64,000 nucleotides of DNA, from contig OZ286476.1 of NCBI GenBank assembly GCA_965644265.1, positions 18,848,001-18,912,000 of the forward strand, given 5' to 3'. This stretch comes from Glycera tridactyla (Eukaryota). Each line of letters starts with the position of its first letter. Position 1 is the stretch's first letter. Below, in pieces: positions 24,799 through 34,245 of this stretch. The notes beneath the pieces are model-generated. The model had not been told where the DNA came from and did not search any database. It saw nothing but the letters and a program-made list of their open reading frames with translations. The position numbers and the translations under genes were made by a program.

Positions 24799-26892
24799 AT
24801 GGGGGGCGTCACTCCCTCTCTCAATCTGATAGTAGGTGCTCGACTCCTAAAATATGCAGATCAGTGGCTAAAACTCACGGAGAATCGGTTTGTCCTGAAA
24901 ATAGTAAAAGAAGGATTCACTCTGGCCTTTCACGATCTTCCTCCCATGTCTCAGACTTCACTACCCTTTTCGCTACCAAAGGGAAAAGAGAAAAGAGACG
25001 CTCTTCTAAACGAGATAGATCTAATGATTCAGAAAGAGGCAGTAGTTCCAGTGACAGATTTGTCAACCCCAGGTTTCTATTGCAACCTATTTCTCGTGAC
25101 GAAGGCTTCAGGGGGATTCAGGCCAGTCATAAACCTCAAGCCACTAAATCGATTTATCATCAATCCCAAGTTCAAAATGGAGACGGCCAGGTCAGTAGTA
25201 AGTGCTGTAGCGCTGAACAACTGGACCGTCTCAATAGACTTGAAAGATGCGTATTTTCACGTCCCAGTGCACCCCCAATTTCAGAAATACCTCAGGTTCG
25301 CTTTGTCAAAGACAGAGGCATACCAATTTTGTGCCCTACCCTTCGGTTTGTCAACAGCTCCGCGAATCTTTACCATGGTATTGAGGGAAGTGGCGCACCA
25401 CTTACATTGTCTAGGAATCAAAGTCCACTTCTACCTAGACGATTGGCTGATTCGACACCAGGATCCAGAGATGTTAAGCATTCATTTGCGGTACGTCCTG
25501 GACCTGGCTCAGAGTCTTGGCTGGATAGTGAACCTCGAAAAGTCGGATTTGACTCCGAGCCAATCGTTCACTTATCTAGGAATAGAGTTCAACACCAGTC
25601 AGGGTCTAGTCAAGCCATCGTTGAAGAGAATGGACAAGATTCTACTTTGCATTCGGTTGTTTCTGAGACGCCCATGTCAACCGGCAAGATCGGTTCTTCG
25701 CCTGCTTGGGCATATGTCCAGCATGGCAGACTATATTCATCTGGGTCGCCTATATATGAGGCCTCTCCAGATGTGTCTACTGTCCCAATGGCGTCCGTTC
25801 ATGGACCATATAGAACAGATTATAGTCATTCACCCAGAAGTTCTGAGAACATTGAGTTGGTGGGGAAACCGACAGATTATTTATGCAGGTGTACCTCTGG
25901 AGCCTGCTCTGCCAAATGTCACCATGCTGACAGATGCTTCTCTGGACGGGTGGGGTGCCCACATTCAAGACGAGGGCGACAATCAGATCGCAGGAACGTG
26001 GCCTTCTTCCTATTCGGACAGGTCCATAAACAGTTTAGAACTGGAAACGATTCTGTTGGCCCTCAGGGGTTTCTCGACAATACTTCGCGGAAGAGTGGTT
26101 ATGATTCTCTCGGACAATGTCACTGCTGTGTCATACCTGAGAAAGCAGGGAGGGACTCATTCCTCTCTTCTGTGTGGACTGGCTTGGAAGATTTTTATGT
26201 TGGCACAGAGTCTGGGGATATTAATCAGAGTTCGTCATATCCCAGGACGCCAGAATGTACTGGCAGACTCTCTGTCGAGGACCAAGCCAGTCCAGACCGA
26301 ATGGGAACTGAATCAGTCTGTATTCAGTGCAGTATTGACAGCTTTTCGTCTCAATCCTCTAGTGGACTTGATGGCAACACCTTTGAATGCCAAACTTCAA
26401 GTCTACATATGTCCATATCCGGAACCCAGAGCACTAGCCATAGATGCTCTGTCAATTCCTTGGAACCAGTTCAGCCTGGCCTACATATTTCCTCCCACAG
26501 CCATGATTCGGGAGGTGCTGAACAAACTAAGGGGTCTGGAGACCACACTGATTTGCATTGCCCCTTGGTGGCCGAATCAGTCGTGGTTTCCAGACCTCTT
26601 GGAGCTGTCAATCGATTTTCCTCGCGAGCTTCCTCTGAACAGGGAGTTGTTGACTCAGATAGTGAGGAGGAAGAGGGTTCATCACTTCAGGCCTCAGGTG
26701 ATGAATCTAGCCGCCTGGTGCCTATCCGGCAGGCCCTCCCCAGAAAGGGCTATTCAACAAATGCAGTCGAGCGGATCATTGGATCAATCCGTCGCTCGTC
26801 TGCTAAGATCTATGAATCACGCTGGCGCAAATGGTTCTTCTGGTGTAAGAACAACAGAGTGGATTCGACTAATCCCTCTAGTCCGCAGGTAG
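24799..26892 (+). CDS. pol: DIRS ORF2: reverse transcriptase, RNase H and N6-adenine methyltransferase-like domain (open frame from 24670)
   Basis: RT motifs GFRPVINLKPLN, DLKDAYFH, LPFGLSTAPRIFT, YLDD. RNase H motifs TDAS, LELE, SDN, NVLADSLSR. MT-like motifs VDLMAT and AYIFPP. No internal stop. Confidence 0.95.
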   Translation: MGGVTPSLNLIVGARLLKYADQWLKLTENRFVLKIVKEGFTLAFHDLPPMSQTSLPFSLPKGKEKRDALLNEIDLMIQKEAVVPVTDLSTPGFYCNLFLVTKASGGFRPVINLKPLNRFIINPKFKMETARSVVSAVALNNWTVSIDLKDAYFHVPVHPQFQKYLRFALSKTEAYQFCALPFGLSTAPRIFTMVLREVAHHLHCLGIKVHFYLDDWLIRHQDPEMLSIHLRYVLDLAQSLGWIVNLEKSDLTPSQSFTYLGIEFNTSQGLVKPSLKRMDKILLCIRLFLRRPCQPARSVLRLLGHMSSMADYIHLGRLYMRPLQMCLLSQWRPFMDHIEQIIVIHPEVLRTLSWWGNRQIIYAGVPLEPALPNVTMLTDASLDGWGAHIQDEGDNQIAGTWPSSYSDRSINSLELETILLALRGFSTILRGRVVMILSDNVTAVSYLRKQGGTHSSLLCGLAWKIFMLAQSLGILIRVRHIPGRQNVLADSLSRTKPVQTEWELNQSVFSAVLTAFRLNPLVDLMATPLNAKLQVYICPYPEPRALAIDALSIPWNQFSLAYIFPPTAMIREVLNKLRGLETTLICIAPWWPNQSWFPDLLELSIDFPRELPLNRELLTQIVRRKRVHHFRPQVMNLAAWCLSGRPSPERAIQQMQSSGSLDQSVARLLRSMNHAGANGSSGVRTTEWIRLIPLVRR

Positions 26893-27245
26893 CAGATTTT
26901 TTAGTAGGTCTCTTTGACACAGGAATTCAACCAGCTACAGTCAGGGGGTATAGGAATGCCCTGCAGTCTGTGTTCATGTATACTGATTGTAAAGTTTTGT
27001 CATCACGAGACTTGAGATCTTTGTTGAATAATTTCTATCTGGAGAGGCCGGTGTCAGTGAGGGTCGTTCCGCAGTGGAGTCTCCCTTTAGTTTTGTCTTT
27101 TCTTAAGACTTCTGCTTTTGAACCTCTGGATGAGGTTGGCCTGTTGAACCTCACTCGGAAAAATGTTTTCTTACTGGCACTGGCGTCGGGTAGGCGTCGG
27201 AGCGAAATACATGCCTTTTCTGCACAATCAGTTGTAAATCCGTGA
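24864..27245 (+). pseudogene. DIRS ORF3: tyrosine recombinase (domain ~26720-27245), C-terminally truncated; long upstream part overlaps pol
   Basis: Contains YESRWRKWFFWC, TVRGYRNAL, VPQWSLPLVL and LLALASGRRRSEIHA (first catalytic Arg). The frame stops at SVVNP* with no H-x-x-R or catalytic Tyr segment before the ICR. Confidence 0.88.
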
Positions 27246-27394
27246 AATGTGGGTGTTTTGCTTACTCCGGGTCTCATATAATGTATATATTCTAATATTT
27301 GGGTTTGATGCATTATCCTCATCGGATATATAATCTTCCCAAAAGACAAGGAGTTTTTCAGAGGCTCTACACCCGCCATCCGTGTCATATACGG

Positions 27395-27489
27395 ATGCTT
27401 AATTTGAGGGAGAAATGGTACAGATAGATCCCCCCCCAGGTTTACTTGTTTAACCTGGGGATCTATACTTACCATTTCTCCCTCAAATT
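27395..27489 (+). other. DIRS internal complementary region (ICR)
   Basis: 27395-27430 is complementary to the left terminus 19592-19627, and 27431-27489 is complementary to the right terminus 27700-27758. Read on the minus strand it gives the right-end/left-end circle junction aaacct-G8-atctatct. Confidence 0.95.
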
Positions 27490-27538
27490 GGAGGCTCCCT
27501 CCCGTCCTTCCCCGCTGTAGAGCTTGGAGGCTCAATTG

Positions 27539-27760
27539 AGAATACACAGTTTGTTATGGTTGCGGACGCAACTTCCGGTTATAGCGCCATCTGGCGCAAC
27601 TTATCGGCGGACGAGAGGTAGCACTCCTATAAATATATATCTTATATATATTTTTGATATTTATAATTCGTGGCAGGCCTATCGGCCTGGGGAATGCTTA
27701 ATTTGAGGGAGAAATGGTAAGTATAGATCCCCAGGTTAAACAAGTAAACCTGGGGGGGGG
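27539..27760 (+). repeat. DIRS right inverted terminal repeat plus 3' terminal extension
   Basis: Reverse complement of the left ITR core, followed by agtatagatccccaggttaaacaagtaaacctg and a G-run that abuts host sequence gcctattata. Confidence 0.95.
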
Positions 27761-30700
27761 GCCTATTATATGCTTGCGATCATGCTGAAGTCTCCAGGCA
27801 GCGAAGGCGATTGTATTATATCATCAACACGGCTACGAGATGATGATGATGTGATGGAGATGCGGCCAATCTGACCGCCTCGTGGATATTGACTTTTTCA
27901 AAAACCTCGAGGCGGTTGGTCAGACTGCCGGGGTTATGAGATGACAAGGCTGGGGGCAAGGCAGCTATGTGGCGGTGGAGGGCCGATGACAGGTGTAAGG
28001 GAGGCGTTTTCGCATTTTCCAGCCACCGCCATGCTACCGCCACCTCCTACCATGTATGTGTAAAACCCCCTTTACATAGGACTTCATCATCCTGATCAGC
28101 GCAAAATATACAATACGCATTCTGAACAAATTCTTCAAGGATTACACATTCAGAATCAAACCTGTCAAAGACGCGGAGATAATATGAATACTTGAATGAT
28201 TGGAAGTCCATATTGGTGAACTGATAAGGTCTATGGTAATCCACGCTACTATTTATTGATCAAGATGTGAACAACTCAAGGAGATTGATAACTTATATGT
28301 CAATTTCTGTGTTTTTGCTGTGTATGTGACAAAGGAGACAGAGACAGAGACAGACACAGACAGACACAGACACAGACACAGACACAGACAGGGGAAGAGA
28401 TGGAAGGGAGCGTCATACAGAGTATTGTTCCCCATTCTCCATATATCATCTTGAAGGTCAGAGGCTGGATCTACAGAATATGGTATGAATTGGGACAAGT
28501 TCATTGCGATCATTACAATCACATCCGAGACACTTAATATGACCTGTATTATGACGTCATAACTCATTTTCGAGGTCAGCAATATCATAAACATGTCTTG
28601 GCAATACACAGATACAATCTGGTCTATAATACAGGTTCGATTCAGCCACATGTTATGCTCAGAGTGTTGATTTATATCACGAAAAATGTATGTTGTAAAT
28701 TGAATGCATATGGCACTTTATCGAAGAGCTTGCATTATGGTGATTAAAGAGAGATTGGCAAAAAACAGCGAAGTGACCGAAGTTGAATGTCCTCACAGCC
28801 TGTGGTCACACCAGAACAGGTCACCTTGATCGATCAGTGGTAGATATTTGATCGGCAAAATAGTGGGGTCATATTCTGCCATGCATAATTCCATAGTTGA
28901 TACCAATTACGAATAGTCAGCACATATATGGCGTTATCGAACAAATTTACTCTATAATTGGATATGTACTCACTCTACCAACTGCAAATTTTCCGATGCG
29001 ATTATCTCATAGATAAGCAACCTACTGCCTTTCACATCACTCATGTTTCATTGTCTCACAATGAAATATGAATTATGGTTTTCTCGGTTTCGATACACTT
29101 AGCATGAATACATATATGAATACATGTAACACTAAGTTTATTTCAAGTGCATATAATGATTATATGAGGAGGAAATAAAAATAGTAATAACAACGAAATG
29201 GGTCTGCAAATTGAGATCACTTTGAGTTCATTGAGTACTGCTTCAAGACTAATGCTTTAAGATGATGCTTAGAGTTGATAGATTTCTGCTGAATATGATA
29301 TGATATGATATGATATTGTGGATCTTTTTGAGAGAAGACAATAGTTACTGTATTTGACATGGGTCAAACTTCTCCATCTTCATATTCACTCATACTCATG
29401 ACGTTTCATCTCATCCACTGCAATCATCCCACCTCATCCAATTATTCGTATGTAATCGTGTACATAACCCCTCCGTCATCCTGGAAACGGATACTGTCCT
29501 TTCGAATGTAAATATGTTTGACGAGAAGAAATAAAGTCGTTTGAATTTGAATGAATTTGATAAACAAGAATGGGTAAACAGACTAATTAGATGTCCCTGG
29601 GTCACTGGATTGTCACAATGTCCAATGAGCGAACCATTAGATTGATCAGGTCCCACTGGAACCGTCCGTGAACATAATGAGCCAATAAATTAAAAGGTTA
29701 CTCCACAAGACGAATCGGAGGAGGAATAAGAGAAGGAGAAAAAAAGATTCATTCATGCATCCTAGCCTAGGTAATATGATTGAGCTAGTAAAGAACAATC
29801 TGCGAATTGTCTCTGATTGAACCTGTCTGGTTAGATGTTAATCATGATACTCGCTATGGTCAGCGTATTGGTTATGTTCTTCGCAATATGCCTTGTCAGT
29901 TACTCTGACTATATTGTCATTTGAAGTATGGTAAGCTATTCAAATGTGAGAATGGTAGCGTTGATTACAGTCTGCAACTCGAATCACGTTCACTGCTGTA
30001 ATTTCTAGGTAAATATAAATGCAATAGTGAAGTTTCCATTAATTGATGATTTGTCTATGGTCATTAATTATGGACATAAATATGTGCATACATGTGCATA
30101 CACTATTGTTTTGCACCTTGTTCTATGTTTATTTGTGATGTTGCCAATACTTGGCCATGAAAGCATGTATTTTGACACTAATGTCCATGCCTTTCGTGAA
30201 AATGAAACATTTTACAAACAAACAAACAAAGGATAGAAGAAAAAAGAATGAGAGAGTAGGACGGAGGGGAAAAGGGAGAATATCAAGGGTTGGGGTTTAG
30301 TAGAGGGAGGGGGCTTACAGACAGACAGACAGATAAAAAGACAAAAAAACAAACAAGTAGACAGGCAGACTGACAGACAAACAGACATATAGACAGACAG
30401 ACAGTACGACAGACATCCTGGCCCTGACAGGGATTCACGAAGCAAAGTGTAAGTTGAGAACGACACAAAGCTTCACAAATGATGCACACTTTCTAACAAA
30501 AGTCTTGAGATGTCCAAGAAATAACTGGCCGTTCATCAGAACATCTGATCGGAGCCGCAATACCTATGTTATTCAAGGTATAAGAACAAGATCAGGAAAT
30601 AAGGCTAGTTGGCGGAATTCCAGGATCATGAAAATTTCAGACTGGCACAATCACTCTCCTGAAGATCAGTTCACTCTCCCACCGATGTATGTTCTCCCAT

Positions 30701-32849
30701 GGTTGGTTCTTCAGGATCATATATGTGCAGGCAGATGCAAATCCTACTCATAGGGACTAGGAATTCTTGCTGATGCAATCCAAATTGTGGTGTCATCTTT
30801 TCACAGAAAATCTATCACTCTTTAACTGAAAAAAATTATGCTCTCCCATTAAGAGAGTGACCTAGGAATTTTCACTCTACCGAAATCGAAAACACTCTCC
30901 TTGGGATTCAGGAGAGTGCTAATTTGAGAGCTGCTTGTCAAGACCTGCACAGTTTACCCCTTGGGTTCGTGTGGGCGGGGCCTTCATCAATTGGAGCAGC
31001 CGGTGATCACATTAGGGACATACTGTGACCGTTTATGTACCGCCATTGTGCGGCATAGCAAGACACTAAAGGAATTCGTGGCAAGGACAACATTTGTCAC
31101 AAGGAGGGTTGCACCTTCAACGCTTTAAGGCGATGCAAGAGCTCCATGCCTCATACCTACGCGTATTTCACCTCATTGTATTTTTATTGCTTCTTATTCG
31201 CGATGTCCATGGTAGGTCTGGCTCATCTAAAAGCAATCAGGTTCAATTAAAAATGAATGTGAGGTGTAGAGCTTACACCTGCCAACGATCGTTTTTCATC
31301 TACTTTTAATTTAGCTAATCTCCCTTGTCCTCCAAGTCATTGACTTCAAGAATATTTTAGCACTTTTATTTATAGAGCTCATCTTTACATGCCATGTACA
31401 GCACGCATGGAAACAATAAGGTGATGATGTCATTGGTGTTGGTGATGGGATGCTGGTTATGATAGTGGTGAGGAAGTTGGATGGTGCTGGTGGCAACGTT
31501 GGTTTGAATTATGGTTGTGGTCTTTGGGCTTTTATGTTTGTGATGATGGTGGTGTTGGTGCTGGTGGTGCAGGTCTTGATGGGGTTGCGGAGATGGTGGT
31601 GTTGGTGGCGTCGTTGTTTGCGATCATGGTTGTGGTCGTTGGATTGTAATGCCTGTGGTAGCGGTGGTTTTGATAATGGTGGTGCTGGGCTTGACTATGA
31701 TTGCGAAGATGCTGGTTCAAGTGATGATGATGATGATGTTTTCGATATTGGAGCTATCGTTGATTGCTGTGATATCTGTGAGAACAATGTTGCTGATGGT
31801 TGCGACGCTGGAGATGGCATCATTCATTTGAAAAAAAAAATCATGAATAATTGTAAACATGCATCATCCTCTTGCGCATATACCGAACACATCATTTGCG
31901 TTGGAAAGAAACAAGTATTGAAACAGTTTTCATACATAACTATACGAATTTACACTTTGGGAGAGTGGGCTATCTTGATAGCGATTAATGTTGTTTGGAT
32001 GAGGACCCTTCCTCAAGAGCACACCCAAACTCAACTCAACTCATACAACTTTATTCCGATTCGTCATAGCAATTAGGTATTTACAAGTAATCATTTTCAG
32101 GATGATGACAAAGAAATGTGCACATATAAAATACGAAAGATTACAGGTGATATGATCATTTACATATGTAATGAAGCGAGGATGAGATGAAGGAATATGG
32201 ATGGATTGAAGTTGACACATAAATTACATTCTATTGTACTAAACTTAACCAGAAATGACATTCTAAGTCTTTCAATGATTCTTTTGGGAAAGATTCATCT
32301 GTGAGAGACATTCCCGAATGGCATAAGCATCTGACAACAGAATGACAGAGAAACATTTCTAAGTGACAAAGAGACATGAAGCAATAATAGAATAATACGA
32401 AGAGGATGCCGATGTACGAAAATATAGATACAACAAAAAGATACAAACTATAGATGAAAAAATACCCGAATACATTATCACTCGACTAGTTTATGAAACT
32501 CAACTCCTTTCTTACAGCCGATCAGTTCCAGCAGACAGCATTTCACCAGACCCTCAGGGTACATACCAGAAGCGTCCCATGGTGACTGGTAAATTTGCCC
32601 GTGTATCATCATAATGTATAAAATGATAGGATACAATTTACATAGGTTGGTGGTTGCAGATCAGACATATGAATGACTCGATAATTGTGCACTCTGCTGA
32701 AGGCTCCTCGTCGAGTTTTATTCGAAGCCTCTTAATATTGAGGAATTGTATATCGAATACAAATGAACCTCATCCATATATAACAGATGTAAGCAGAGTT
32801 GTTATGTTGAGTTTAACTATTGTGAAGCAAACTTGATGGATGTCTGCAG

Positions 32850-33270
32850 AGTATGGCAAAAGGTCAGTGGTGAGTTAGGTGGGGACACTCCAGTCCTCAA
32901 TTGAGCAGCGCTGTCTACAAGGGATGGGTGAACAACATAGACAAGGTTCAACATTCATTAGTGGACCTGCACCATTACATAGATCTGTATGATCTGCGTC
33001 ACTCTGTGGAGAGGCACTACTGTGTGAAGGTAACTGAGTGGTATGTCTGTTCTCGACCGCTTCACTTCACCCAGGTGTGAATGGGTACTCTGCAAAAAGG
33101 CAGTGATGGTGATTGTAGAGTACTTGGCCCATGCAGGTAATTCTGTGTCAGTTGTTGTATATTCCACTTGGAGATCGGAAAGGCTCAAGCTTTGATAGGC
33201 CTGCCGAGGAATGTATTTGTAACGTAAGGTGAACTTGCTAAGGATACTAGACTATAAACCACTGCATTAA
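32850..33270 (-). repeat. Conserved element Z, copy 3
   Basis: Same core; reads NAVVYSLVSLASSPYVTNTFLGRPIKA*. Confidence 0.85.
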
Positions 33271-33479
33271 CGTTCACATTTAAATTACAAGATGTTCAAG
33301 ATGCAGTGATTTTCAGGAAACTTGCCTGATTGTATTTTGGAATGAAGTTGAAGTCAAACCTGACTGCCTATTATAAGTGGGTCAGCCAGTAATGAATTGC
33401 TGGTGATGGTGGTTCATATTTCTGTTCGACATTATGTTATATCATGCAGTTGGAAATCATTTGTCTGATTCGAAACCTT

Positions 33480-33920
33480 ATTTTTCTCTATCATGGACAT
33501 TTGAACCATATAGCAATGTTCGTCTCCAGTGTGACGAAAAGAAAAGAGTGAAGACGGATGGGTGGATAGATGAATTGATGAATGACCTTGGCCCTCTGAT
33601 TCATGATAGCAAATCAATGCTAAAACCTCAGTGCTAGGGATCAATGGCGTGATTTTATCCAGACCACAATGTGACTCAGCCTTATAATTGAACACAAAAG
33701 TCCATACATATATATGGCAAAGCTTTCGATTTCGAAACACTCACCCAGATAAGAGCCACAATGACACTGTCGTGCATGTCTTGCCCAAGCCATCTAATGC
33801 CCTGTGAAGACGGAAGGAAGATTCCGAGACTTGTTGGCACTGCGATGAATTTCCATTACACTGCTATCTCAGAGTATCATTTCAAAAATCATGAATTCTT
33901 GCTCTGTTATATCACACAGA
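33480..33920 (-). pseudogene. Paralogous decayed TIR remnant
   Basis: WTFVFNYKAESHCGLD...VLALICYHESE; paralog of 380-800. Confidence 0.45.
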
Positions 33921-34203
33921 TCTCGTCACCTGGTATTTGAGCCTTTCTATGACGTAATGTTATGAACCCAGTGCCCCATGCCTCAGCACACCTCCACCAA
34001 ACAAACAGACTGATGGAGGTGGCTTGGCCTCAGACTGTGTGAGAACTACTTATCTGCTTACGTACTGCCATCGATCCTGTAATGTACACAGAAATCGACT
34101 AAAAGCCCCCCCGACTCTCTTTCTTTTAACCCTCATCTACCACATCTGATACATCATGCTTAATCCTTCCGAAGTTGATGCAATGCATCTGTGTATGTGT
34201 ACC

Positions 34204-34245
<42 letters not shown>

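Larger units (their letters stand above)
19593..27760 (+). mobile_element. DIRS1-like tyrosine-recombinase retrotransposon, cis-complete but coding-defective (~8.17 kb)
   Basis: Inverted terminal repeats, an internal complementary region, and gag / RT-RH-MT / tyrosine recombinase ORFs in DIRS order. The element is absent from the paralogous site at ~62270-62290, which fixes both boundaries. Confidence 0.96.
19103..28071. mobile_element. Putative PIF/Harbinger-type MITE (~0.8 kb) interrupted by the DIRS element
   Basis: TTA on both sides (19100-19102 and 28072-28074). Imperfect terminal inverted repeats aggggccttcacacat / atgtgtaaaaccccct (13 of 16 match). Confidence 0.45.
2112..29238 (+). 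repeat. Segmental duplication unit 1, main part (paralog of 43273-64000), carrying the DIRS insertion
   Basis: Continuous colinear similarity from cattccatactggacc (2112 / 43273) to ttcattgagtac (29238 / 64000). Confidence 0.96.

Noticed and set aside
27035-27547. 170-aa antisense ORF over the recombinase end and ICR
   Set aside because: No recognisable motif; it crosses a deletion breakpoint and the cis-repeat, so it is a by-product.
30893-30918. cactctcc/ggagagtg 8-bp hairpin
   Set aside because: Too short to distinguish from chance, and no element boundaries were found.
31450-32076. 208-aa ORF
   Set aside because: Arises from GGT/GAT triplet repeats; no domain signal.
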